A stretch of 64,000 nucleotides of DNA from Candidatus Micrarchaeota archaeon. GTDB lineage: Archaea; Micrarchaeota; Micrarchaeia; Anstonellales; JAHKLY01. This document shows, in pieces, positions 29,340 to 39,125 of this stretch. The notes beneath the pieces are model-generated. The model worked only from the letters and a program-made list of their open reading frames with translations, did not search any database and was not told the DNA's origin. Location: positions 96,001 to 160,000 of the forward strand of contig JAHKLY010000002.1 in assembly GCA_020854825.1 (NCBI GenBank), written 5' to 3'. The first letter of the stretch is position 1. Every line of letters starts with the position of its first letter. Position numbers and translations under genes: made by a program.

Positions 29340-30005
29340 TTATTCATGTCCAAAAATATTTCTTAGTTTTTTAATTATAAATTCTTCAAGAAATCTTCTT
29401 AGGTCTTCTGTTTTTAAATATTCTTCTTTAGCTTGTTCAAAAGCAATATTATAATTTTTATCCTTTGAAGGAAGTCTAGTGTGTAATTGATTTATTGTTA
29501 AAGCTCCTAATAATTCACAAAATCCTTCTCCTCTATAACCATAGCTTGATCTTTCTGGATCAAAAACAAGTCCACTAATCTCATTATCTAATAATTTTGG
29601 AAAAAATAGAAGTGCGTATTTAAATATTAATTCATGACCTAATTCATGACTCATTACATTTTCTATCCCATTTTTGCAAGGAGAAGGATATGCAAAAACA
29701 TATCGAATTTTAACTACTTTTGTTGGTTTTATACCAGTAAATTCTATTTGAGTAAAATGTTGAGTATATGCATGATAATCATTTTTTAATGTAGATTTTA
29801 GTTTAATAATTCTATCTTCCGAAGCAGGTGTTCTATATTTTTCTTCAATTTGTGTATTAAGTTCTTCAAATGTCAATCCTATCTTTGATTCTATTATTCT
29901 TTGTTGTTTTAAAAATAAATTAGCCATAAAATCATTTACTTTTTTGCCAAACTTACCTTTTATTCTAAGTTTTGTTTTTCCTATTTTATATACATTTGAA
30001 ACCAT
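29340..30005 (-). CDS. Putative HExxH zinc metalloprotease-like protein
   Basis: SHELGHE with downstream GEGFCE (gluzincin-like third ligand). Confidence 0.55.
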   Translation of the reverse strand: MVSNVYKIGKTKLRIKGKFGKKVNDFMANLFLKQQRIIESKIGLTFEELNTQIEEKYRTPASEDRIIKLKSTLKNDYHAYTQHFTQIEFTGIKPTKVVKIRYVFAYPSPCKNGIENVMSHELGHELIFKYALLFFPKLLDNEISGLVFDPERSSYGYRGEGFCELLGALTINQLHTRLPSKDKNYNIAFEQAKEEYLKTEDLRRFLEEFIIKKLRNIFGHE

Positions 30006-30046
30006 ATTTTTATTGTGTTTTTTTGAGTTTATAAATGTATCTTAAT

Positions 30047-31294
30047 CTATAAAAGAAGTGTGGCTAAACCTAGGAATACAAAGAATCCAAGAACATCTGT
30101 AGCAGTTGTAATGAATATTGTTGCAGAAGATGCAGGATCTTTTCCTAATTTAGTCATAACTAATGGAATTAATGCACCAAATAGGCCTGCAATCATTAAA
30201 TTAGTAATCATTGCAATACCAATGATTAATCCTAATAATGGGTTATGATTCCATAAACTAGCGATTATTGCTACTAAAATACCATTTATTATACCATTTA
30301 TTGCTCCTGCAGTAAGCTCATTAATAATAACTTGCTTAGCAGTTTTAGAATTAATTTTATTTAATGTAAGTCCTCTAACCATTACTGCTAATGTTTGAGT
30401 TCCTGCGTTACCTCCCATTCCTGCAACTATTGGCATATAAACTGCTAATAACACAAATGCAGATATTGTTTCTTGAAATAGACTAACAATAGACGCAGCT
30501 AAAAATGCAGTTCCTAAATTTATTATTAACCATTTATATCTACTTTTAACTTTAGTTAAAGGCGGATCTAAAACTTGTTCCTCTTTTTTAATTCCTGCAA
30601 AATCACGAAGACTAGTAGAAGTTTTTTCTTCTATTATTCTTAAAATATCATCTGAATAGATTATCCCCAATATGCATCGATTTTCATCTAAAACTATTAT
30701 TTTAGAATGTGCGTTTTTTTTGAATATTTCAATTATTTTATGTTTATGGGTGTCATGTTTAATTGTAGGTATCTTTTTAATATATTTAAATATTTTTTCA
30801 GTCTTCCTTTTTGAAATAAATATTAATGGAGATAATTCTCCTTTTAAATAACCATTTTTCATTACAAGAATCGTGGGAAACTTTCCAGTTCTCTTTTCAT
30901 GGTATCTAACCATTTTAGAAATTTCTTTAAAAGTTGTATCTATATCAACTTCAACAAATTCCAAACTCATTAAATCTGCTGCTGTTCTTAAATCAAATCT
31001 AAGTAAATATTCTACTTTTTCTTTGATTTCCTTTTCTAATTCACGTAATATTGGTTTTTGTCTCTTTAAATTAATATTTTTTAATAATATATATATGTCA
31101 TCAAAATCTAAAAATTCAATTAATCTAAGTATTTCATTATTGGTTAGATTATTCATTAGTTCTATTTGTAATTTTTTGGGTAATTTTAATAAAACAAACC
31201 CTTGATTATTAGTAGGTATTTTTTTAAATATTTTAATCCTATCAGATTTTGAATTAATTAACTTAGTTATGACATTTTGTTTGTTAATTTTCAT
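30047..31294 (-). CDS. mgtE: Magnesium transporter MgtE
   Basis: CBS region, RYKWL, GMGGNAGTQ, DPASSATIFITTATD. Confidence 0.93.
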   Translation of the reverse strand: MKINKQNVITKLINSKSDRIKIFKKIPTNNQGFVLLKLPKKLQIELMNNLTNNEILRLIEFLDFDDIYILLKNINLKRQKPILRELEKEIKEKVEYLLRFDLRTAADLMSLEFVEVDIDTTFKEISKMVRYHEKRTGKFPTILVMKNGYLKGELSPLIFISKRKTEKIFKYIKKIPTIKHDTHKHKIIEIFKKNAHSKIIVLDENRCILGIIYSDDILRIIEEKTSTSLRDFAGIKKEEQVLDPPLTKVKSRYKWLIINLGTAFLAASIVSLFQETISAFVLLAVYMPIVAGMGGNAGTQTLAVMVRGLTLNKINSKTAKQVIINELTAGAINGIINGILVAIIASLWNHNPLLGLIIGIAMITNLMIAGLFGALIPLVMTKLGKDPASSATIFITTATDVLGFFVFLGLATLLL

Positions 31295-31325
31295 TGTACT
31301 TTTTAATTTAAGTTATTTTTTAAAT

Positions 31326-31514
31326 TTAACTCTTAAAAAACTTGTATGTTGGTCTTACTGCCAAAATTAAAGCAATTAATAAAAATATATGCCATTCAAT
31401 AAATAATATCTTGGGAAACAAAATAACAATACATAAGGTTGCAAAAAAAACTGAACCTTTTGTTAGTATAATATCTAAAATATCCATATTTTTAACTTTT
31501 TTATTTAAATTCAT
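31326..31514 (-). CDS. Small 2-TM membrane protein
   Basis: 62 aa, SD-like GAGGTGA upstream. Confidence 0.6.
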   Translation of the reverse strand: MNLNKKVKNMDILDIILTKGSVFFATLCIVILFPKILFIEWHIFLLIALILAVRPTYKFFKS

Positions 31515-31525
31515 ACACTCACCTC

Positions 31526-31789
31526 TTATTTACTAGTTGCAGATCTAAAAAATCCTGCTATAAATCCCAACATTGCTCCAATTGCAATTAAATCAGGATT
31601 TGTTATATCAAAAATCTGTTCAAATCCTTTTAAAACAAAAACATTTAAAAATGGAATAATACTTACAATTGCTCCACTAATTGCACCCATAACTGCACCA
31701 ATACTAGCAAATATAAAAATTGCAAGAATTCCTATTAATATTGCAAAAACACTTCCTAATGCAATATCCCAATTTTTTAAAAAATTCAT
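31526..31789 (-). CDS. Small Gly-rich membrane protein
   Basis: GxxxG-rich TM segments, SD-like AGGTGA upstream of MNFLKN. Confidence 0.6.
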   Translation of the reverse strand: MNFLKNWDIALGSVFAILIGILAIFIFASIGAVMGAISGAIVSIIPFLNVFVLKGFEQIFDITNPDLIAIGAMLGFIAGFFRSATSK

Positions 31790-31799
31790 ATTTATCACC

Positions 31800-32276
31800 T
31801 CAATTAAGTATAAAGATATAATAATTTAATATGGTTGCAAAAGAAACCCATAATATATACGGTATGAGTAGGTATGCTGCCTTTTTATCAAGTTTATAGA
31901 ATAATTTCATAATTAAAACTATAAATAACCATAAAAAAATTATACATATTAAACCAAATAATGGAGAAGTTAAACCAAAAAATAGAATTGACCATAAAGT
32001 ATTCAAAACTAATTGAATTCCAAAAATAATTAATGCCAATTTAACTTCTTTTTTCTTAATCCCTTTTGAATAAATTAAATATGCTGAAATTCCCATTAAG
32101 ACATATAATATAGTCCAAACTGGTCCAAATACCCAATTTGGAGGATTAAAAGAAGGTTTATTGATACTTTCATACCAGGTAGGTATATTTTGAGTTGTAA
32201 ATATTGAACCTATTATTCCTGCTAACAAACAGAGGATTATAAATCCTATTAAAATTCCTGCATTTTTTAACTTCAT
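31800..32276 (-). CDS. tspO: TspO/MBR family tryptophan-rich sensory protein
   Basis: WYESINKPSFNPPNWVFGPVWTILY, QLVLNTLWS, PYILWVSFATILN. Confidence 0.95.
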   Translation of the reverse strand: MKLKNAGILIGFIILCLLAGIIGSIFTTQNIPTWYESINKPSFNPPNWVFGPVWTILYVLMGISAYLIYSKGIKKKEVKLALIIFGIQLVLNTLWSILFFGLTSPLFGLICIIFLWLFIVLIMKLFYKLDKKAAYLLIPYILWVSFATILNYYIFILN

Positions 32277-32327
32277 AAGTTATACTACTTTGATTAACTA
32301 TAAAAAGCTTTTGCGTATTAAAAATAT

Positions 32328-32900
32328 ATGGAAAATATTTTGAAAATTCTTAAACTTTATAAATTAAAGACAATTTATCGTGAAAATTCTGTTGAAAATA
32401 GAAAAGAAAGTGTTGCATAATATACTTGGAGTAGTATGCTTCTTGCAGATTATTTTTTAGATGTATTTAAACAAAAAGGATTTGAACCTAAAATAAACAG
32501 AGAAAGAGTATTTCAACTTCTTTTATATCACGATGTAGTTGAAATTGAAACAGGAGATATTTCTATACATTTAGAAGATGCGAGAGAGGGAAAAGAAGAA
32601 AAAGAAAAATTGGCAATTCAAAAATTGAGTAAAGAAGTCCCAAAAGAATTAGAAGAAAAACTTATTGAAATGTTTTATGAGTATGAAAATCATAAAACAA
32701 TTGAAGCAAAATTTGCTAAAGCTATTGATGTTTTAGATGCTCAAATTCATGAAATAGATTATAAAAACGATTGGATAGGATGGACAGCAGATATTTTATA
32801 TAAACATAAAAAAAATAAGGTTAAAGAATTTCCAATCTTGGATGAATTTTTTGAAGAATTAATTGATTTTCTTAAAAAAGATGGGTATTTTGATCAATAA
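32328..32900 (+). pseudogene. HD-domain 5'-deoxynucleotidase-like gene with an internal stop
   Basis: Frame open from ATG 32328: ...RKESVA*YTW where the family has ESVAEHxW; TAA at 32418-32420; downstream HDVVEIETGD and EAKFAKAID. Confidence 0.75.
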
Positions 32901-32967
32901 ATTATGAATATGTTTATAACACATTTATATATTTTCTTATTCTAAATATTTAATAGGAGGTGGGGTT

Positions 32968-33369
32968 ATGAAAGAAATAACTGTAATAACAAAAAATGAA
33001 ATTGGTGCGTTAGCTGAAGTATGTAGTATTCTAGGTAAAGCAGGCATTAACCTCCAAGGGATATCTGCTAATGGAGTTGATAATAAAGGTATTATCAAAA
33101 TTATAACTAGTGATCCGATCTCAAGTGAAAACTTCTTAAATAAAAAAGGATATAAAACAAAAATAAATGATGTGATTGTTGCTAAAATTAATGATCGACC
33201 AGGAGAATTAAGTAAACTAATTGAAAAACTATCTAGAGAACGAGTAAATTTGGAATCTGTATACTTGTTAAATAATACAAAAGGAATAGTGGAAATTGCT
33301 ATAATACCAGAAAGAACAGAAGATATCGAAAAAATAACAGATATGATAGGCAAAGGATATATTGCTTAG
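32968..33369 (+). CDS. Tandem ACT-domain protein
   Basis: NEIGALAEVCSILGKAGINL and DRPGELSKL...VNL; SD GGAGG. Confidence 0.85.
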   Translation: MKEITVITKNEIGALAEVCSILGKAGINLQGISANGVDNKGIIKIITSDPISSENFLNKKGYKTKINDVIVAKINDRPGELSKLIEKLSRERVNLESVYLLNNTKGIVEIAIIPERTEDIEKITDMIGKGYIA

Positions 33370-33371
33370 TA

Positions 33372-34550
33372 TTAATTATTTGAATGTGCTTTGTATAATT
33401 CTTCAAAATGTTTGGACATCGCAGAAAATGCTTCTGAAAATAAAGAATAATTAGTTAATTTTTTCATAATATAATCTATTTCTTTTTTTAATTCTTCTTC
33501 AGTTATATTTGTAGTTTCAGCTAATGAAATAACCCAATTTGCCATATCCCATCTTAACCAATAAGAATTTTGTGGATCATTAAAAACTCCTTCTTTTGAT
33601 TCAGTTGCTTCAATAATTTTACCAGTTAAATGAAGCAAACAGGTTTTCATTTTTTTATTTTTTTCCATTTTTTTTATAGTTTCTTCAGTTAAAGGAATAT
33701 TTGCTTTTTCAAATAAGGGGGCAGATTCTTCAAATATCATTTTATCAAATTCTTCAAAAACTTTTGAAAATAATTCAATAGCTTTTCTAAGTTTTGATTT
33801 AAAGAATAAGAATTTATTTCCTTTTATATTTTCAGGGAGGTCCATTTTATCAATAAGTTCTCTTGTTTTTTTCTCTCCTTTTAAATATACTAAAATAGTT
33901 ATTCTACCAATTCTTTCAGCATCTAATATGATGTCATTTGAATATAATTTATACTCTTTTAAAATTTCATCTGCTTTTTGAATAGATTCTATAAAATATT
34001 TCTCACTTTCATTTTTATGAGTCAATAATATTCCATATGTAGATAATAACGTGTTAACATATTTAGGATATTTTTTATTTAAAAATTCGACAATAGGACT
34101 AAAACTTATTTTGTCTGTTTTTAATTTTTCATACCTGTTTAACATAGATAATTCATTAATTCCAAAAAGATCTTCTTTATAATTTAAGTCATCATCAAAA
34201 ATAATCTTTCCAGTTTTTAATGCTGCTACAAATACAAATGCTTGATCTTGAGAATCTAAAGTTAATAATTGTTCATATTTATTTTCAGTATTTAATAATT
34301 CTACAAAATCTTCATAACGTTTAAGTGTATATATTTCTAATATTTTTTCTCCTTCGAGAGTATTAAAGTTAATGTTTTTAAGTTCATGTCCCGTATAATT
34401 TTTGAATTTTGTAGTATTAATTTCATTTCTATTAATTGTTAACCAGTATTTCATATAAAATTGTACTTTATTTTTATCTAAAGTTTGCTGTTGTACGGAC
34501 CTATGCTTATGAGTCTTTGAAGGGTATGGCATATATTTATCTAGATACAC
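33372..34550 (-). CDS. Hypothetical protein
   Basis: Long ORF with no motif; true start possibly the ATG at 34532. Confidence 0.6.
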   Translation of the reverse strand: MYLDKYMPYPSKTHKHRSVQQQTLDKNKVQFYMKYWLTINRNEINTTKFKNYTGHELKNINFNTLEGEKILEIYTLKRYEDFVELLNTENKYEQLLTLDSQDQAFVFVAALKTGKIIFDDDLNYKEDLFGINELSMLNRYEKLKTDKISFSPIVEFLNKKYPKYVNTLLSTYGILLTHKNESEKYFIESIQKADEILKEYKLYSNDIILDAERIGRITILVYLKGEKKTRELIDKMDLPENIKGNKFLFFKSKLRKAIELFSKVFEEFDKMIFEESAPLFEKANIPLTEETIKKMEKNKKMKTCLLHLTGKIIEATESKEGVFNDPQNSYWLRWDMANWVISLAETTNITEEELKKEIDYIMKKLTNYSLFSEAFSAMSKHFEELYKAHSNN

Positions 34551-34563
34551 AAATTTATAATAC

Positions 34564-35766
34564 TTATTTAAAAAATAATTTTAGTTTTTGCAAAAACCCT
34601 TCTTGTTTTTGTTTACTTTCCATTTTATTTAAAAGAGACAATAATTCTTGACATCCCACAAGCTCTTGTTCTAATTTATTTTTTGAATACTCTTTTAATT
34701 CTTCTTTTTTGATTATGTATGTTTCATACTCGTTAAAAGAATAAATACTATCTCCATAAAGAATTATCTCATTAATAATTTCTTTAGAACATTCTATTGA
34801 TTTAAAAAATTCAATTAGATCATTACTCATTTTTTCATTTTTTTTCAAATTTAAAAAATTGGTTTTATCTAAATTAAATATTTTATCAAACCATACTCTT
34901 TCTTTACGTATTACTCTATTGAATTTTGATACTTCTGGATATACATATGCTAATTTTTGGTCTGAATAATCGAAATATTTATATAATTCTTGAAGATCCA
35001 TATTACTAAAGAATGTATCTTTATTAAATAAATTTTCTAACTCTTGTAATGTATCTAACTTAATAAAAGGAAAATCAAATTTAAAAAGATCTTCTGATTG
35101 TATCTTTTTAATTAAATCTTTAATTTTTAAATTCATTAAACTATAGATATACTCTTTTCTAATTTCTTCTAACTTATTGATGTTATCTAAGTATTTTTCT
35201 ACTAATTTAATATGTTCAATATTTATATTCTCTAATTCAATTAAATTATTTAAAAGTAAGGTTATTTTGTTAATTCTTGTTTCCAAATCAATTTTTTCAT
35301 TTTTTAATTGTTGCCCTAATGTGAGATATTTTTTATTTAAATTTTCAATTTCTTCAAAATACTTAAATTTATTTTTAACTTCTTCAATTTTTCTTTTTTT
35401 AAGTAATTCTATGATTTCTTTAAACTTTTCCCCTATATTACTAGATATTTTTCCTTCTTCCATCGCATTTAAAATAGTTGCTTCAAAAGAAAGATCTGTT
35501 TTATATGCTCTCTGCAGTTTTCTTCCTAATTTAAATTTTTGTCTTAAATCTTGATTTGATATTTCTTCTTGTTTTTTGATTCTTTCGGTTTTTTCAATTA
35601 ATTCTTCTAACCATTTTGTCAATTCTAATATATCTTTAAATTGTTCTTCTCCAAACTCGTTTATCTCTTCTAAGGTTCGAGAATATTGATTTTTTAAATT
35701 AAGAAGATCTTGTTTTTTATACATATACTTTATTAGATATAGATTACTTATAAAACTATTGTTCAA
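34564..35766 (-). CDS. Hypothetical coiled-coil protein
   Basis: K/E/L-rich heptads; true start probably MYKKQ. Confidence 0.6.
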   Translation of the reverse strand: MNNSFISNLYLIKYMYKKQDLLNLKNQYSRTLEEINEFGEEQFKDILELTKWLEELIEKTERIKKQEEISNQDLRQKFKLGRKLQRAYKTDLSFEATILNAMEEGKISSNIGEKFKEIIELLKKRKIEEVKNKFKYFEEIENLNKKYLTLGQQLKNEKIDLETRINKITLLLNNLIELENINIEHIKLVEKYLDNINKLEEIRKEYIYSLMNLKIKDLIKKIQSEDLFKFDFPFIKLDTLQELENLFNKDTFFSNMDLQELYKYFDYSDQKLAYVYPEVSKFNRVIRKERVWFDKIFNLDKTNFLNLKKNEKMSNDLIEFFKSIECSKEIINEIILYGDSIYSFNEYETYIIKKEELKEYSKNKLEQELVGCQELLSLLNKMESKQKQEGFLQKLKLFFK

Positions 35767-35805
35767 TGCGCTATGTTTTTAAACGTTTAAGTATATTAAT
35801 ATATA

Positions 35806-36714
35806 ATGTATAACACATTTGAAAAAAAGTTTATAGAACCTTTAACTAAATCTGAAATAAAACTCATAGGGGATAAAGGCCCCATGTTTAAAACAGATAA
35901 AGAAACTATCCGAGGAGTTGCTTATTTTGAAAGATTACATGAATTAGCTACAGATGAAAGAGGCAACTTTAAAAGAAATGGTATAGATTTTAGTAGTATA
36001 TTTTATTATTTTCCAAAAAAATCAAGTCCACACATAGTTCTTCTGCCTTCTGGATTTAGTTTTAATGAAAGAATTAGACATCATCCTTCTAGTTTTTTAA
36101 GATTTTTAAAATTTAAATTATCCAATTTTGATACTACTGATGAAAAAGAATTATACCATTTGTCTTTAAAATATCTAGCAGCAGAGTTAGCAAGTATGTT
36201 AGATGAAGAATATTCTTTTATTTTACCTATTTGTCATTCAAAAGGTTTTTCAATACATCTAGGGACTCAATTATCTAAAGTATTGGGTATTAATATAGAA
36301 TATGAATATGTTGAAACATTGAAAAATATAAAAACTCAAAGCACATTAAATACTTCAAAAAGATTATCTAATTTAAAAAAGTCTTTAAGACTTAAAAAGA
36401 AATTTCCGTTAAATTCAAAAATACTTCTTATTGATGATGTTATTACTACTGGAGCAACAATTCAAGAGTATCTTAGATTACTAGTTGGACAAGATGTAAA
36501 AACTATTATTAATTATAAAACAGAACCTATATTTGAAGAACATAGGATTTTCAATTCAAATTTAAAAAATTCTAGATTAAATTTTGTAGGAAATATTAAT
36601 GGAAACCTTGTTTATTGTCTTGATCTTCCTTTTTTTGAAGCAATAGAGACAATTGAAAAAGATTTAAAAGTTTTAGAGTTTGATAATGATATGCATTTTT
36701 GTAATTATCAATAA
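35806..36714 (+). CDS. Phosphoribosyltransferase-domain protein (ComF-like)
   Basis: KTQSTL...RLSNL and PRPP-binding loop ILLIDDVITTGATI. Confidence 0.7.
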   Translation: MYNTFEKKFIEPLTKSEIKLIGDKGPMFKTDKETIRGVAYFERLHELATDERGNFKRNGIDFSSIFYYFPKKSSPHIVLLPSGFSFNERIRHHPSSFLRFLKFKLSNFDTTDEKELYHLSLKYLAAELASMLDEEYSFILPICHSKGFSIHLGTQLSKVLGINIEYEYVETLKNIKTQSTLNTSKRLSNLKKSLRLKKKFPLNSKILLIDDVITTGATIQEYLRLLVGQDVKTIINYKTEPIFEEHRIFNSNLKNSRLNFVGNINGNLVYCLDLPFFEAIETIEKDLKVLEFDNDMHFCNYQ

Positions 36715-36727
36715 AAAAAAGAAAAAA

Positions 36728-36880
36728 TTATTCTTCTTCTGCAAATCTCTTAATTTCTTCGATATGTTCAACTATTAATTGTGCTTTTCTTTTTCCAAAT
36801 TTAAATGGATATTGATCTGCATCATCTTTTTTTAGAACAATTAATTTATTTCCTTTAAATTCATCATATTCTACTACCAT
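36728..36880 (-). CDS. Small 50-aa protein missed by the ORF track
   Basis: MVVEYDEFKGNKLIVLKKDDADQYPFKFGKRKAQLIVEHIEEIKRFAEEE with SD-like AGGTGA. Confidence 0.7.
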   Translation of the reverse strand: MVVEYDEFKGNKLIVLKKDDADQYPFKFGKRKAQLIVEHIEEIKRFAEEE

Positions 36881-36898
36881 TTCATCACCTACAAAAAA

Positions 36899-37378
36899 TT
36901 ATTGTTTAACATTTATGATTGTTAAATTACTAAAAGTAATATTATTTAAAACTATGTTTGCCGTAATTGTATAATCCCCTTCTTTAATTCCTCCACAAAC
37001 ATTACATTTTGGTAGTTTAAATAAATATTTTTCACTATTATTTCCAATTGTTAAATCTATTGTTCTATCTTCTTTGAATCTATTATTTATTGCTCTAATA
37101 GATAAACTAGCATTTTTAAAATCCATATTTGATTCTATATTGATACTAATATTTACTTGTTGAGAAGACTTATATTCAAGTTTATCTGTAGAAATATTAA
37201 TTACCAAGTTTGGTTCAAGATCAAATTCATCATTTATATTGGAATTATTAGTTTCAGATATATTAATATGATCAGTTTCATTAGCTAAATCTTTATCGAT
37301 AGTATCTCCATTTAAGTTAGTTAAACAACCAAAAAATAAAGAAAAAAGAATAAAAATAAAAAGTAAGTTTTTTTTCAT
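36899..37378 (-). CDS. Putative lipoprotein with an Ig-like domain
   Basis: MKK-hydrophobic-FFGC lipobox; ISTDKLEY..GDYTITA. Confidence 0.65.
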   Translation of the reverse strand: MKKNLLFIFILFSLFFGCLTNLNGDTIDKDLANETDHINISETNNSNINDEFDLEPNLVINISTDKLEYKSSQQVNISINIESNMDFKNASLSIRAINNRFKEDRTIDLTIGNNSEKYLFKLPKCNVCGGIKEGDYTITANIVLNNITFSNLTIINVKQ

Positions 37379-37407
37379 TGAATTACACTTCCATAAACCA
37401 TGAAAAT

Positions 37408-37599
37408 TTAAACTTTTTTGACATTTACTGCTTTTGGTCCTTTTTCACCATCTTCAATTTCAAAGGATACTTTATCTCCTTCGTTTATTCTTGTTCCAGG
37501 AACTAAACCTGTTATGTGAACAAAATAGTCTGTTCCATCTTCGCCAGTAATAAAACCAAAACTTTTTACTGGATTAAAGAATTTTACTGTACCTTCCAT
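37408..37599 (-). CDS. cspA: Cold-shock protein
   Basis: GTVKFFN, FGFI (RNP1), YFVH (RNP2), GPKAVNV. Confidence 0.95.
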   Translation of the reverse strand: MEGTVKFFNPVKSFGFITGEDGTDYFVHITGLVPGTRINEGDKVSFEIEDGEKGPKAVNVKKV

Positions 37600-37692
37600 T
37601 TACTTTACACCTCTTTTTAAAGAATAACCCTTTCATTATATATATTAATGAAAAGTATTACTCTCAATACTACTAGAATTCTGAATGACACA

Positions 37693-39087
37693 TTATTTAA
37701 AACTATGTTTTATTTCATTTCTATAAAAAGGAGCGTTTACGACAAGAGTTTCATACTCTCCACCTTCTCCCATTACATTCAGGTTATATGTTTTAGATAA
37801 TTTTTTTAATTCTTCTAGAGTGTGTTTATCTAATATTCTACCTATCCATTTTTTATCAAAACCTTCTGCTGCAGTTTTTGTGATAATAATTGTAAAACCT
37901 TTATTTATCATTTCATTTAATAATTGTTCTTGATCTTCTCCCCATAAAGGAGTATAAGACTTTATTCCTAGTTTATTACAGATATTATGGATTCTTTTTT
38001 TTTGGTATTCAGAAGCTATTGCACCAGATATAATTCCTTGAATTTTATATTGTTCTATTGCAGTTTTAATCAATTTTTCTAAATCTTTTAATTCATCCTC
38101 TTTATTTCCATCTGTTTTTTGAAATATAATTGGTATACCTATGGAATTTGAGATATCACTAGCTAATTCAATAGTTGGAGTATGAAACATATAACTATCT
38201 TCATTTTTACTTTTAATAGTCATTAAACATGATATCTCATACCCTTTTTTCATCATTTTATACATAGCAAAAAGTGAATCTTTACCTGTACTTATCAAAG
38301 CACCCACTTTAATATTTAATAAATCACCAACATAATCTGATTTAAATTTAAATCCTTTGGATTTAGCAAGCCGTTCTATATCTTTATCTATTCCACTTCC
38401 ATACTGTACAGCAAGTTTTTGTCTCCAAGCATATTCTTTGGGTACTCCTAATTCTTCTGAAACTTGTCTAAGGATATATTTTTTATGTCCATCTTTAATT
38501 TTTAAATTTCCTGGAATTTTAAGAGAATGAGATATGAGGTCTTTATTTAAAAATGGAGTTAATAATGCAATATTAAAATATTTTGCTAAAGAATTATCCC
38601 TATCTAGATCTCTTTCTTTTAATGAATCTAACCCGCGTTTACATTCTTCGTTTATATTTTTTGCATGTGCATGTCTTTCGTATCCTGCGTAAAGTTCTTC
38701 TGTTCCCAATCCAGAAAATAAATGAGTAATCCCATCTTCACTTGCTTTTTTTATAGATAAATACAATGGTAGTGCAATACTTACAGTAACATAAGTGACA
38801 TTTTCTATAATATTAGAAACTTCAATTAATTCTTTTTCTAAATTTTTTGGTTTCACAATTTCAAGTTCAAAACCTAGTTCTTCAGCTGCTTTTTTTGCAA
38901 AAATACAATCTTTATAATCTTCTTCAGAAGAAGTAGTATAACATATGAAATCTATATTATTATCTTTTAGAATTTTAGCTATTAAAGTAGAATCAACTCC
39001 TCCTGAGAATAAAACTCCTATTTTACCATGTTTAGGTATCTCATTAAGTATAGATTTAGTTATTAATTGCTTGAGTTCATTATGCAT
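37693..39087 (-). CDS. dph6: Asparagine-synthase C-terminal domain fused to diphthine-ammonia ligase
   Basis: N-half FSGGVDS, SGLGTEELYAGY, KYILR; C-half STGKDS, DSYMFH, GAIASEYQ, PLW, GEGGEYET. Confidence 0.85.
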   Translation of the reverse strand: MHNELKQLITKSILNEIPKHGKIGVLFSGGVDSTLIAKILKDNNIDFICYTTSSEEDYKDCIFAKKAAEELGFELEIVKPKNLEKELIEVSNIIENVTYVTVSIALPLYLSIKKASEDGITHLFSGLGTEELYAGYERHAHAKNINEECKRGLDSLKERDLDRDNSLAKYFNIALLTPFLNKDLISHSLKIPGNLKIKDGHKKYILRQVSEELGVPKEYAWRQKLAVQYGSGIDKDIERLAKSKGFKFKSDYVGDLLNIKVGALISTGKDSLFAMYKMMKKGYEISCLMTIKSKNEDSYMFHTPTIELASDISNSIGIPIIFQKTDGNKEDELKDLEKLIKTAIEQYKIQGIISGAIASEYQKKRIHNICNKLGIKSYTPLWGEDQEQLLNEMINKGFTIIITKTAAEGFDKKWIGRILDKHTLEELKKLSKTYNLNVMGEGGEYETLVVNAPFYRNEIKHSFK

Positions 39088-39125
39088 ATTTATATTATGT
39101 GAGAATATCCTTATAAAAGTAAGTT

